Source: Candidatus Hydrogenedentota bacterium (GTDB lineage Bacteria; Hydrogenedentota; Hydrogenedentia; Hydrogenedentales; JAGMZX01). Taken from it: a stretch of DNA of 59,090 nucleotides. The stretch spans positions 1 to 59,090 of the forward strand of contig JAGMZX010000018.1 in assembly GCA_018005585.1 (NCBI GenBank). Direction: 5' to 3'. Under the pieces are notes generated by a model. The model was not told the DNA's origin. It saw only the letters and a program-made list of their open reading frames with translations, and did not search any database. Positions 35,132 to 44,969 of this stretch are shown piece after piece. Every line of letters starts with the position of its first letter. Within the stretch, counting starts at the first letter, position 1. The translations under genes and the position numbers were made by a program.

Positions 35132-36526
35132 TCACGCCCGTTTCACGCGCGGGCCGTCCGCCGTGTCCTCGAGTATCCAGCCGAGGCTGCGCAACTGGTC
35201 GCGGACCGCGTCGGCTTTCGCGAAATCCTTGGCGCGGCGCGCGTCCTGACGCGCCTGAACCAGGTCCAGCACGTCCTGAGGAACGGCCGCTTCCGGCGCA
35301 TCGCCGAAAAGCCCCGTGACGCGGTCGAGCCGGTCCATGAGCGTAAGGGCCTCGCGTGCGCCCTCCGCGCCCGCCACGCCGTCGTCGACCAGCTTGTTGA
35401 CGTCGCGGATGAAATCGAATACCACGCCGAGCGCGCCCGAGATATTGAGGTCGTCGTCGAGCGCTTCCTGAAACGCCGCCTCGCAGGCCGCGCACTGCTG
35501 CGCCAGGCCGCCGCCGCCGCGCACCGTCTTCAACCGGTCGCGGAAATCGCGGATGCGCCGCAGCGATTCCCGGGCCGCGTCGACGGCCTCGAAACTGAAA
35601 TTGTTCGGCTGGCGGTAGTGCGTGGCCAGCAGCACCCACCGGATCGCCATCGGGTCGATGCCGCGTTCGAGCAGGTCGCGCAGCGTGAAGAAATTGCCCA
35701 GCGATTTCGACATCTTGCGGCCTTCAACCACCAGATGCGCGCAGTGCAGCCAGTATTTTACGAACGTCCGGCCCGTGCAGCATTCGGATTGGGCGATCTC
35801 GTTCTCGTGATGCGGGAAGATGTTATCCACGCCGCCACAATGGATGTCGAAACTCTCGCCGAGGTATTTGAGGCTCATGGCCGAACATTCGATATGCCAG
35901 CCCGGGCGGCCCTTGCCCAGTTCCGTCTCCCAAAACACGGCGCCATCGTCTTCGTCCCAGGCCTTCCACAACGCGAAATCGCGCGCGTCCGCCGCTTCAT
36001 ATTCGTCCGTATCGACGCGCCCGCTCGCACCCGCTCGCAACTGCTCCAGGTCCATGTGGCTCAACCGGCCATAACGCGGAAACGTCGAAAGCCGGAAGTA
36101 TATGCTCCCCTCGTGCTCGTACGTGTGCCCCTTCTCCCGCAGCGTCTTGATCATCGCGACCATCTCGGGCACATGGTCCGTGGCGGCAGGATAGACATCC
36201 GCCCGGCGGATGCCCAGCGTGTCCACGTCCTCGAAAAACGCCCTTGCATAGCGGTCCGTGATGGCCTTGAGCGGCTCGCCCGTTTCGCGGCACGCGCGGA
36301 TCAATTTGTCCTCCACGTCCGTCAGATTCATCACGTGCCGGACCTCATAACCCCGGTATTCCAGGTAGCGGCGCAGCAGATCCTCGAATACGTACGCGCG
36401 GAAATTGCCGATGTGCGCGAAGTTGTAGATCGTCGGGCCGCACGTGTACAGGCCGGCCTTGCCCGCCTCGACCGGCTCGAACGCCTCCTTCGCGCGGCTC
36501 ATCGTGTTGAAAAAACGCAGCGCCAT
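35132..36526 (-). CDS. cysS: Cysteine-tRNA ligase
   Basis: YTCGPTIY, HIGNFR, DFALWK, GRPGWHIECSAM, FPHHENEIAQ, KMSKSLGNF. Confidence 0.98.
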   Translation of the reverse strand: MALRFFNTMSRAKEAFEPVEAGKAGLYTCGPTIYNFAHIGNFRAYVFEDLLRRYLEYRGYEVRHVMNLTDVEDKLIRACRETGEPLKAITDRYARAFFEDVDTLGIRRADVYPAATDHVPEMVAMIKTLREKGHTYEHEGSIYFRLSTFPRYGRLSHMDLEQLRAGASGRVDTDEYEAADARDFALWKAWDEDDGAVFWETELGKGRPGWHIECSAMSLKYLGESFDIHCGGVDNIFPHHENEIAQSECCTGRTFVKYWLHCAHLVVEGRKMSKSLGNFFTLRDLLERGIDPMAIRWVLLATHYRQPNNFSFEAVDAARESLRRIRDFRDRLKTVRGGGGLAQQCAACEAAFQEALDDDLNISGALGVVFDFIRDVNKLVDDGVAGAEGAREALTLMDRLDRVTGLFGDAPEAAVPQDVLDLVQARQDARRAKDFAKADAVRDQLRSLGWILEDTADGPRVKRA

Positions 36527-36580
36527 CGGTCTCTCCTTGCATATGGGACAGCCGTCGATCACAACGGCGTGGGAAGCCGC

Positions 36581-36609
36581 ATTCTAGCATTTCGCCGCCC
36601 ACGCATGAA
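36581..36609 (-). promoter_or_regulatory. Sigma-70-type promoter of cysS
   Basis: Minus strand TTCATG-N17-TAGAAT with an extended -10 TG. Confidence 0.5.
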
Positions 36610-36794
36610 AAACCCGGGACACTTCGCCGGGAATTGGCACAAGCGGCCCATTCCGGGGTCGGCACAGGCACCCACACGCTTCGTGGGACGCCTGTTCTGG
36701 TGTCCGTGCAGCCTCTGGTCGGGCAAAAACGTCTTCCAGGGCATAATACAGATCGGACATGACGTGCCTATGCTCGTCGGCAAAGGAATACGAC

Positions 36795-36986
36795 CTGCAA
36801 ACGTTCCGGCATGTCCATTACCAGCAAGGCGACATGCGGGTGGGATGGCTTGAGGCGTTCCCCGATTACCGCACGCAGGGGGCATCCCTGGAAGAACTCG
36901 AATAGAGTCTGCGGGATATTCGTGAAGAACGGGAAAGCGGCACAATCCCTTGCGTGCGCCGGACCGGCGAGTTGGTCATCCCGTGA
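36795..36986 (+). pseudogene. hicB: HicB-like antitoxin pseudogene (CTG in place of the start codon, in-frame TAG at 36903-36905)
   Basis: Reads LQTFRHVHYQQGDMRVGWLEAFPDYRTQGASLEELE*SLRDIREERESGTIPCVRRTGELVIP*, matching short HicB-type proteins (FPDY.TQG.SLEEL). RBS AAAGGA upstream. Confidence 0.75.
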
Positions 36987-37164
36987 AGCGAACGGACCTG
37001 CTCAAAGGACTGGGCGCCATGCGCCGCGTTCTCCTGCGTCACGGCTAGCGCCACGACTGGTATCACAATCCGGAGACCATGGTGTCGCAGCCGGACCCCG
37101 CCATGCAGAAATCAAGGATACGCTGGCCAGGCACATTCTGAAGATGCTCCGTCCGGAACAGTGA
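36983..37164 (+). pseudogene. hicA: HicA-like mRNA interferase pseudogene (in-frame TAG at 37046-37048 and a 1-nt deletion near 37095-37100)
   Basis: VKRTDLLKGLGAMRRVLLRHG*RHDWYHNPETMVSQPDP / frameshift / RHAEIKDTLARHILKML. GTGA overlap with the hicB stop. Confidence 0.78.
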
Positions 37165-37185
37165 CAGCCCGGGAGGGAAGGACGC

Positions 37186-38463
37186 TCACGCGGGCCGGAT
37201 TTTGCGTTTCTCCTTGTCGAAGACCACGCGGCGGCCGAGGACATACGCCAGGTCGCCGAGCAGGACTGCAATTCCGTGCCGGTAGCCGTATTCCATGTTC
37301 GCACGAGGCAGGCCGCCGTCGCGGATGCAGTCGAACCAGTTCGTCACGTGCGCTTGTCCGGGGTAGGGCGGATCGAAGTCGAGCAGCTTCTGCTCCGGGA
37401 TCGATTCGTCGACGCCTTCGCTCGAATATACGATATTGCCGAGGTCGTGCCCGAAGCGGCCGCGCACCATGCCCTTCTCGAACATGAGCACGGTGGACTC
37501 GCTGTCGAGGGTGCTGCCGAAATGGCTGACGAACTGCGCGTGGAAGCCTTCTTCGTATTCGAGCACGACGGTGACCTGGTCCGGCGCGTCGCAGCGTGGG
37601 TCGTTCCCGTGCGCGTAGCGGCCGCCGAAGGCGGTCGCGGCGACGGGGCAGCCACAGCCCGTAACGAAGTGGAACGTGTTGATGAAATGGCTCATCCAGC
37701 CGCCGATGGCCCCGCTTGAAAAGTCGTGGTAACCCATCCAGCACGCATGCTGGTGCGCGTCGAAGGGACGGCGCTTGCGGTTGTACAGGAACGCTTTCCA
37801 GTCCGTGTCTTCCGCGGTCTCCGGGCCTTGGTAGTGCACCCAGAACGGGACTTGAAGCGATTCGTTGGATTCCGCGCGGAACAGCCGGCCCAGCGTGCCC
37901 GCGGCGATGAATTCCTTGACCGCGCGCGCCGCGGGACACGACATGCCCTGCGTGCCATGCTGCACGGCCCGTTTCGAGTCCGTCACGACGTCGTAGCACT
38001 CGTTGAGTTCTTTGAGGTCCGATGCAACGGGCGCGATCGGCTTTTCGACATAGACGTGCTTGCCCGCCCGCACCGCGTCGATGGTCTGGCGGCAATGCTG
38101 GTGGTCAGGCGTGGCGATAATGACCGCGTCCACATCCGGGTCATCCAGCAGTTCGCGGTAATCGGCATACATCCTCGGTTTCAGGCCGTAGAGCCCCGCT
38201 GCTTCATCGGGATAGGTCTCCTGCCGCAGTCTCCAGATATCGGCGGCCGCCACGAGCGCCGTATTCGCGTTCGCGGGCTGCACCATGTTCTGCAGAATCC
38301 AGCGTCCGCGTCCCCCGCAGCCGATGAGGCCGAGGTTGATGCGGTCATTTGCGCCGATGGCGCGCGCGGCGCTGGCCGCTGTCATCTGCGGAAGCGCGAG
38401 GGCGGCGCCTGCGGCCGCCGATGCGCGGATGAAGCCGCGCCGGGAAATGGTGTCTTCTCTCAT
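37186..38463 (-). CDS. Tat-exported Gfo/Idh/MocA oxidoreductase
   Basis: SRRGFI Tat motif, IGCGGRG, DAVIIATPDHQH, HVYVEKP. Confidence 0.9.
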   Translation of the reverse strand: MREDTISRRGFIRASAAAGAALALPQMTAASAARAIGANDRINLGLIGCGGRGRWILQNMVQPANANTALVAAADIWRLRQETYPDEAAGLYGLKPRMYADYRELLDDPDVDAVIIATPDHQHCRQTIDAVRAGKHVYVEKPIAPVASDLKELNECYDVVTDSKRAVQHGTQGMSCPAARAVKEFIAAGTLGRLFRAESNESLQVPFWVHYQGPETAEDTDWKAFLYNRKRRPFDAHQHACWMGYHDFSSGAIGGWMSHFINTFHFVTGCGCPVAATAFGGRYAHGNDPRCDAPDQVTVVLEYEEGFHAQFVSHFGSTLDSESTVLMFEKGMVRGRFGHDLGNIVYSSEGVDESIPEQKLLDFDPPYPGQAHVTNWFDCIRDGGLPRANMEYGYRHGIAVLLGDLAYVLGRRVVFDKEKRKIRPA

Positions 38464-38540
38464 TATCCGAAATCCTTCCGGTGCAACAGCCGATTGGGAT
38501 GTCTTCTCTGGAACGAGCGGCGCCGACGCCGCCTCCACTA

Positions 38541-39731
38541 TCAGAGCGTAAACTGCGGAATCTTGAGCAGTTCTCCGTCTTTCTGGGCGGATTCGTGGGC
38601 GACGATGCCGCAGACGGTGAGTTTGAGCGCAGCGACGATATCGACCAGCGGCTTGCGTTCTTCTATGATCGAATGGATGAACTCGTTGCCGAGATAGCCG
38701 TGCGAGCCGCCGTGGCCGCCGGGGTCGACGCCGGGCGGCAGCGGCGGCTTGGCCAATTGGAGGTTCGAGATATCGGCGAGCCCGTCATAATTCATGCCGA
38801 TCATCGAGCCCTTCTGGCCGCGCACGCGGCCCGTTTCGCCGCCGTGGCCCGCGGTGTCCTTGCTCATGAGCATGCGCGACATGCCGCCTTCCGTCGTGCG
38901 CAGCAGGGCGATTTCCGTGCCGAAGACGTTGCCGTAGGCGTTCCCGCCCGATTGCAGCCATTCGAGTTCGCTCGGCATGCCCAGGCACGACACCTCGGTG
39001 AAACCGCCGCCGCTGACGCACGTGTGATAGGCCGTCGAGTGCGTCGGATACCACAGCGGCGGGCAGCCGATGCGCCAGCCTTTGTACGAGTCAATAGGCG
39101 TGGCGAGGTAGTGGTAATACTCGCCTTCGGAATAGACAATCGTGCCGAAGCCGCCCGCGTTGTAGATTTCGCGCATGGCGTAGCAATCGTCATGGTAGGC
39201 GCTCGTCTCGAACATCATGTAGTTGAGCCCCGACGCCTTGACCGCATCGAGCAGCTTGCCCGCGTCTTCGACCGAGCCCCAGACCGCGGGCACCGCCGTG
39301 GCCACATGCTTGCCGTGCGCGAGCACGTCGATGCAGTGCCGGCAATGGCTGGGCGCGTCCGTCGCGACGAATACCGCCTCGATATTCGGGTCTTTCACGA
39401 GTTCTTCGAGCGAGGGGTAGGTCTTGTCGCAGCGGCAGACTCGGGCCAGTTCCGCGCAGCGGTCGGGGAACAGGTCGCTGACCGCGGCCACCTCGACATT
39501 CGGGTGATCCTGGAAGCCGAAGGCCGCGCCGAACTTGCACACGCCGTAGCCGACGATGCCCATCCGTATCTTGCGGTCCGAGACGGGCGCCCACTCCTTG
39601 TTCTTCACCGTGTTGCTGGCGGTGTCGTCGAAGCCCTGGATGGTCTCATTATCCGCGGCGGCCAGGTTCAGCAGGCCGGCGCCCGCGGCGGCGCTTTGAA
39701 TGAAATGGCGGCGTGAGAAAACGTGCGACAT
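38541..39731 (-). CDS. Tat-exported Gfo/Idh/MocA oxidoreductase
   Basis: SRRHFI Tat motif, IVGYGVCKFG, VFVATDAPSH, YSEGEYYH, PLWYPTH, GGHGGSH. Confidence 0.9.
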   Translation of the reverse strand: MSHVFSRRHFIQSAAAGAGLLNLAAADNETIQGFDDTASNTVKNKEWAPVSDRKIRMGIVGYGVCKFGAAFGFQDHPNVEVAAVSDLFPDRCAELARVCRCDKTYPSLEELVKDPNIEAVFVATDAPSHCRHCIDVLAHGKHVATAVPAVWGSVEDAGKLLDAVKASGLNYMMFETSAYHDDCYAMREIYNAGGFGTIVYSEGEYYHYLATPIDSYKGWRIGCPPLWYPTHSTAYHTCVSGGGFTEVSCLGMPSELEWLQSGGNAYGNVFGTEIALLRTTEGGMSRMLMSKDTAGHGGETGRVRGQKGSMIGMNYDGLADISNLQLAKPPLPPGVDPGGHGGSHGYLGNEFIHSIIEERKPLVDIVAALKLTVCGIVAHESAQKDGELLKIPQFTL

Positions 39732-39906
39732 GGCATGACCTCCCCGTTGGAATTCCAGGGACAGTATATCGCAGGGGCGACAAACCGCGCGATGCGCCGT
39801 CCGTAAGACGTTTGTCTTTCACGCGGGGAAGCGCCACACTGTTGCGGTATGCATGAAATCACGTTCTGGAGCCGGGGTGAGCGCGCCCCGGCGCTGGAGA
39901 AGACGT

Positions 39907-41304
39907 GTGAGAGACAAAGAACTTATCGACCTGGGTCTGCGGCGCGGCGGCGGCATCGAAAACGCGCGCCGCTCCATTCAGCGCGCCGTGCATGCCGGCC
40001 TGAGCAAGAAGCAGGTGCGCAGACTCTTGAAAGACGTGGCGCGCGACCCCGCCGCGTTTCTGGGCGACCCGCACTTCGCGGAGTTGGCTCGGGCGCTGCA
40101 GGCGGACCACGCCGCCGAAGCGGCGATAACGCGCCGCACGGGACACGCCCCGTTCCGGCAATGGGGAGAGAACCTCGACCCGAAGTCGCTTGACCAGATG
40201 TACAACGCCTGCGCGCTTCCCGTGTCGGTGCGCGGCGCGCTGATGCCGGACGCGCACGTGGGCTATGGCCTGCCCATCGGCGGCGTGCTTGCCACGCACA
40301 AGGCCGTGATCCCGTATGCCGTCGGCGTCGATATCGCGTGCCGCATGAAACTGACCGCGCTCGACCTCCCAGCCGCGACCCTGGACGATGCCCCGGAACG
40401 GCTGAAGAAGGCCATCGAGCAGGAAACGAAGTTCGGCGTCGGCGCCTGCTTCAAGAACCGGCGCGATCATCCCGTCATGGACCGGGACTGGACGGTGTCT
40501 CCGGTCACGCTGCGACTCAAGGACAAGGCGTGGTCCCAGTTGGGCACGAGCGGCAGCGGCAATCATTTCGTCGAATTCGGCGAACTCGAAATCCTCGAGG
40601 ACGGGCTTGCCTTGCCGCGGGGGCGCTACCTGGCGCTGCTCACGCACAGCGGCAGCCGCGGCACGGGCGCGGAAGTCTGCGGCTATTACAGCCGCATCGC
40701 CATGGACAAGCGGCGCGACATGCCTCGCGAATCCAAGCACCTCGCCTGGCTCGACCTCGATTCGCAAGCGGGCGGGGAGTACTGGGCCGCCATGGAACTC
40801 ATGGGCGCGTACGCGGCCGCGAACCACGAATGCATTCACCGCCACATCGCGCGCAACCTCGGCGCCGCGGTCTTGCTCGACATCGAGAACCACCACAACT
40901 TCGCGTGGCGCGAGATTCACGACGGCATGGACCTGGTCGTGCATCGCAAAGGTGCGACGCCCGCCGCCGAAGGGCAACTCGGGATCATCCCCGGCTCGAT
41001 GGCCTCGCCCGCGTACATCGTCCGCGGCAGGGGCAGCGCCGCGTCGCTGGACAGCGCGTCGCATGGCGCGGGCCGCGTCATGAGCCGCAGTGAAGCGAAG
41101 AAGCGCTTCACGTGGGGGGAAGCCCGGCGCGTCCTCGAGGCGCGCAGGGTAACGCTGATTTCCGCGGGCCTCGACGAAGTGCCCATGGTCTATAAGGACA
41201 TCGACGAAGTCATGGCCGCGCAGGCGGACCTCGTCGAGGCGCTGGCGCGCTTCCAGCCGCGAATCGTCAAGATGGCCCCCTCCGGCGAGCGCCCTGAGGA
41301 TTGA
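39907..41304 (+). CDS. rtcB: RtcB family RNA 3'-phosphate/5'-OH ligase with an N-terminal extension (start 39907 GTG or 39853 ATG)
   Basis: MPDAHVGYGLPIGGV, VGVDIACRM, GTSGSGNHFVE, THSGSRG, NHHNFAW, HRKGATPA, IPGSM, ASHGAGR. Confidence 0.95.
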   Translation: MRDKELIDLGLRRGGGIENARRSIQRAVHAGLSKKQVRRLLKDVARDPAAFLGDPHFAELARALQADHAAEAAITRRTGHAPFRQWGENLDPKSLDQMYNACALPVSVRGALMPDAHVGYGLPIGGVLATHKAVIPYAVGVDIACRMKLTALDLPAATLDDAPERLKKAIEQETKFGVGACFKNRRDHPVMDRDWTVSPVTLRLKDKAWSQLGTSGSGNHFVEFGELEILEDGLALPRGRYLALLTHSGSRGTGAEVCGYYSRIAMDKRRDMPRESKHLAWLDLDSQAGGEYWAAMELMGAYAAANHECIHRHIARNLGAAVLLDIENHHNFAWREIHDGMDLVVHRKGATPAAEGQLGIIPGSMASPAYIVRGRGSAASLDSASHGAGRVMSRSEAKKRFTWGEARRVLEARRVTLISAGLDEVPMVYKDIDEVMAAQADLVEALARFQPRIVKMAPSGERPED

Positions 41305-41328
41305 TGACTCTGCAAAAAGTATCTTGTT

Positions 41329-41379
41329 CGCAGTTCAGCCTTCAGGCTGTCTTGAAGCCAGCCTGAAGCTTGAACTGCG
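41329..41379. repeat. REP-like inverted doublet downstream of rtcB
   Basis: CGCAGTTCAGCCTTCAGGCTG (41329-49) and CAGCCTGAAGCTTGAACTGCG (41359-79) are 19/21 reverse complements, and each arm has an internal palindrome. Confidence 0.7.
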
Positions 41380-41487
41380 CGTTTTGGGCTGCCTTCAAGA
41401 TATGCTGAAGAGGAACTCGCGCACAAAAGAACCTGAGTCGGATGTAAAGAAGAAACCGGAACGGCCGGTGCGTCCCCGGAGTCGGAC

Positions 41488-41967
41488 ATGTTCCTCCTTT
41501 TCCGAGCGCTTGCCTACGCGACGTTGTTTGCTGGCGTCATGCTGGTTTTCGTGCCCGCGCGCCTGTTGGCGTGGTCCGGCATCGCCGCGCCCCCGGCGAT
41601 AGGCGTTCCGCAGCTTGTCGGGGGCGTGCTGGCAATAGCCGGCGCGGCCTTTGTCCTGTGGTGCGTGACCACGTTCATTTTCGTCGGGAAGGGGACCCCC
41701 GCGCCCTTTGACCCGCCGCGCCGGCTGGTCGTGCAGGGGCCCTATCGATACGTGCGGAACCCCATGTACATCGGCGCGGGGCTCGCCATGGGCGGGGCCG
41801 CGTTGTTCTGCGAATCATGGCTGTTGCTGGCGTACATGGCGGCGTTTTTTCTGGTGACGCACCTGTTCGTTGTCGTGTACGAGGAACCCACACTGCGACA
41901 TATGTTCGGACAGGAATATGAAGCGTACTGCCGCCGGGTCAGGCGGTGGTGGCCTGGGGCGCCATAG
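41488..41967 (+). CDS. Isoprenylcysteine carboxyl methyltransferase / PEMT-family membrane protein
   Basis: GKGTPAPFDPPRRLVVQGPYRYVRNPMY, EEPTL..FG.EY..Y..RV.RW. Confidence 0.9.
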   Translation: MFLLFRALAYATLFAGVMLVFVPARLLAWSGIAAPPAIGVPQLVGGVLAIAGAAFVLWCVTTFIFVGKGTPAPFDPPRRLVVQGPYRYVRNPMYIGAGLAMGGAALFCESWLLLAYMAAFFLVTHLFVVVYEEPTLRHMFGQEYEAYCRRVRRWWPGAP

Positions 41968-41987
41968 GCCGGGGCGGCGGCCGCATT

Positions 41988-44588
41988 TCAGCGTTTCGCG
42001 CGGATGACCAGCGATTTGCCGGCGCTCAGCCGCACCATCGCGGGCAGGGTCACCGACCCGAGTTCATCCACGGGCGCCCGGAACGTTCTGCGCGCGTGTT
42101 GCACCCTTGCGGTTCCGGCTCGTGCAAGATGCGGCAGGTCGACACGGCTCAACGCAAGTTCGCCGGAGAGCACGGTGATCGTGGCGCCCGTGTGATGTTG
42201 CCGGTACGTGCCCCATGCGCCGTCGAGCGCCCAGAAGCAGCGGAATTCCTCCGCGTGCAGGCGCGGCGCGAAGCCGATCACGCCCGCGCCCGTGTCGTAG
42301 CGGAACCCGCTGAGCGCCAGCAGCAGGCCATACGAGGCCATGGCGCGCGCGTAGTGATGGCCGCACTCGAATTCGTCCCAGGGGTTGCGCTTGTGCCCGT
42401 CATAGCGGTCGCGAACGCTGCGGACGATGGTCAGTCCCTCCTTCACCAGCCCCGAGAGAATACAATGGCTTGCGACCTGATACTCGATGCCGGTCCAGAC
42501 TTCGTCCGAATAAGGAAACGGCACGGCCGGCCGCCCGCCGCGCGGCCATGTGCAGTTGATGAGGCCCGCCTCGCCGCCGAGCGCGTAGACTCGCTGCGCA
42601 TTCGCGTGCTCGCGCAGGTCTGCCCGCCAATTATGCCGGAAAACGGAGCGCAGCGCCGTGCGCAGCTTGTCCGCGTCGAGGATGGGCCCGAGCCCCGCCA
42701 CATCGGCCAGCCATGCGCCGAGCACCTGGTCCGCGAGACAGCCCTTGCCGTACTGGTACTCAGGGGCGTCCTCGGGATTGTAATGCTGCTCGTAGTATTC
42801 GCCGTTGAACAAACGCGCGTCCAGCCAAGCGCTGCCGCGCGTGTAGGCTTCGCGGTATGCGCCCGCCGTGGCGTCGTCGCCGAGATGCGCTGCAATCTCC
42901 GCGCCCGCCAGCAACGCGCCGAGATAGAAACACGAGGTCATCGTGTTCTCGCCGTAGAACTCGATGTCGTACGTGTTGTGCTGCCTGCCGCGCAGCACGC
43001 CGGTGTGTTCGGGGTCCCATTCCTTCCACGCGAATTCGAGCGCGCGCTTCAATGAGGGCCACAGACGGCGGATGAAACCGTCGTCGCCGCAGATTTTCCA
43101 GTCACGGAAGGCCTTGATGGTCCCGCCAAACTGCCCGTCGGCGCAGGGCAGGAAATCGTTCGGCGGCGCGCCCAACGGCAGATTCAGGCGGAAGCCCATG
43201 CTCCCGTCCGCGCGCAGGTTGTACCGGTAGTCCGCGAGGCGCATGGACCGTTCGAGACTCGGGAACAGGAAGGCGAGCGCTTGCTGGTAGTTCCAGACAT
43301 GCGTGCATGAGCCTTCGCAGCAGCCGCCGGCCGGCGCGGAACCCTCGAAGCCGTAGAACGTGCCGTCGCTCAGGCGCAGACAGGTGGCCGTTTTCAGAAT
43401 CGCTGTCTGGCTCGATACGGCATCGAGCACATAGGGCGGCAGCGTGCTCGAAAACAGCGCGTCGTGGAACCGCTTGGTTTGAGTGTGCAGTTGCCGCTCT
43501 CTCGCGTGGAGCCGGAGCGCAACATCGACGGCGTCCGCGAATTGCGAGGCGTAATAGTTCTTCCAGACGGGCAAGTCCCGTCTCGGCGGGCAGCAGCCTT
43601 GCCGCAACGCCTGCTCGGCGCATGCCGCGTCGTGCCAGTACTTCTCGAAGTTCGGGAAAAACCACGTGATGTAGAACGTGACTGTCTTTACCGCCCGCGG
43701 CTCCAACCGCATGCGGACCCCCAATACGCCCGCCGCCGTCTGGCCCTCCTCCGTGGGGCCATAGTCGTTGTCACACAGGCGGCCCGTGGTCGAGAAGGCG
43801 TCCCACAACTCGTGATACGGCGTAAACCAGCCCTTGCGCGGCCAGTAGCGCATCACGGTAACGTGTTTGTCGGGTGTAAGAAGCGCCACGGACCCGAATC
43901 GGGGGTGGTTCTCGGGCCATTTTTCGGAAGTGAAGGCGAGACCGCGCACCCCCGGCGTTTCCACATACCGGTTTACGTTGCGGCCGTAACCGTGCGGGCT
44001 GCCCGAATAGACGGGGTCGAGACCCGCGGCTTTGCCGATGCTGCCCACGGAGTTCAAGAGGCTCCACGCAAGGGTAGCATCGACCGGGGTGGGTTTGCGG
44101 TTTTGCAGCGTGTACTTGAGGACTGCCGCGGGGAAGCCCGAGCCGTCGGGATTGCCCGGGATGAACGGATTGTACGCTTCCAGAGTGATTCGGACAGGCA
44201 GCTTCGCGCACTGAAAAGCAATCCAGGCGAACGGATACTCGCCGCGAAAACGGCAGCCGTCCAGGTGCGGCCACCCTTGACCGCAGTCATGCGGGTCTCC
44301 GCCGCCCCCGCCAATGAAAGGCGGCTCCGGCGGAGCCATGGCCACGCGGCACACCGGCGGCCCGCCCTTCTCACGCGCATATACGAGTGGAAACGTGCGC
44401 GAGAGATACCCATTGAAATCGGGACGATTCTGGATGGCCCAGTCGCGCAAGCCGCCGCGGCCCGACAAGCCAACGCAGCCCGTGCCGATACCGCCCAGGG
44501 GAAACGATATCTGGTCCAATTGCCGGCCGCGGAACACCCGCAGCGGCCCGGGGCGGGCCCATTCCTCAGCGCCGCGCTTGATTGGCAT
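41988..44588 (-). CDS. Glycoside hydrolase family 116 (non-lysosomal glucosylceramidase/beta-glucosidase-like)
   Basis: FPLGGIGTG, EYPFAWI, GFEG..GCCEGSCTHVWNY, DGQFG, QHNTYDIEF, YSDEVWTGIEY, NPWDEFECGHHYARAMAS. GTG at 44591 is an alternative start. Confidence 0.88.
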   Translation of the reverse strand: MPIKRGAEEWARPGPLRVFRGRQLDQISFPLGGIGTGCVGLSGRGGLRDWAIQNRPDFNGYLSRTFPLVYAREKGGPPVCRVAMAPPEPPFIGGGGGDPHDCGQGWPHLDGCRFRGEYPFAWIAFQCAKLPVRITLEAYNPFIPGNPDGSGFPAAVLKYTLQNRKPTPVDATLAWSLLNSVGSIGKAAGLDPVYSGSPHGYGRNVNRYVETPGVRGLAFTSEKWPENHPRFGSVALLTPDKHVTVMRYWPRKGWFTPYHELWDAFSTTGRLCDNDYGPTEEGQTAAGVLGVRMRLEPRAVKTVTFYITWFFPNFEKYWHDAACAEQALRQGCCPPRRDLPVWKNYYASQFADAVDVALRLHARERQLHTQTKRFHDALFSSTLPPYVLDAVSSQTAILKTATCLRLSDGTFYGFEGSAPAGGCCEGSCTHVWNYQQALAFLFPSLERSMRLADYRYNLRADGSMGFRLNLPLGAPPNDFLPCADGQFGGTIKAFRDWKICGDDGFIRRLWPSLKRALEFAWKEWDPEHTGVLRGRQHNTYDIEFYGENTMTSCFYLGALLAGAEIAAHLGDDATAGAYREAYTRGSAWLDARLFNGEYYEQHYNPEDAPEYQYGKGCLADQVLGAWLADVAGLGPILDADKLRTALRSVFRHNWRADLREHANAQRVYALGGEAGLINCTWPRGGRPAVPFPYSDEVWTGIEYQVASHCILSGLVKEGLTIVRSVRDRYDGHKRNPWDEFECGHHYARAMASYGLLLALSGFRYDTGAGVIGFAPRLHAEEFRCFWALDGAWGTYRQHHTGATITVLSGELALSRVDLPHLARAGTARVQHARRTFRAPVDELGSVTLPAMVRLSAGKSLVIRAKR

Positions 44589-44935
44589 CACCGGGGTCTC
44601 CCAGCCTTGGATTCGCTCTTCACCCGCCTATTCTATTGCCGGGTATGGTCGGAATCCAGCCGTCAAGGCGCCCAGGCCCGAGGGAATCACGTTACACAGT
44701 GGCAAAAAAAGCGCAAACAGGAAGAAAGATGAACGGCATGCCTGTGACTGGGGAAAACCGGGTTAGCGGAGTAGCAGGGCGGGAAAAAGTGCGCGATTGG
44801 GGTCTTCGGCGCCTTTTTTTGGTGCGAACGTCCCCTTCCAGTGGCAGTAATTCGACGCGGGCGACTGTCCGGGCGGAGCGTAAGGTATGTTATCACAATT
44901 ACTTACGCTATTTCCGCGATTACGGAAAAATCCGC

Positions 44936-44962
44936 TAAAGTTTCGGCTTAAGTTGCCGATAA
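44936..44962 (+). promoter_or_regulatory. Sigma-28 (FliA/SigD) promoter of the flagellin cluster
   Basis: Exact consensus TAAA(44936-39)-N15-GCCGATAA(44955-62). Confidence 0.9.
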
Positions 44963-44969
44963 AACCGGA

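Noticed and set aside
36903-37048. In-frame TAG in both hicB and hicA as stop-codon reassignment or pyrrolysine
   Set aside because: TAG terminates intact genes here (rpmH, both flagellins), and hicA also has a frameshift, so decay explains it.
7668-44588. CREST-like hydrolase plus GH116 as a glucosylceramide degradation pathway
   Set aside because: The genes are about 34 kb apart with no linkage, and both substrate assignments are uncertain.
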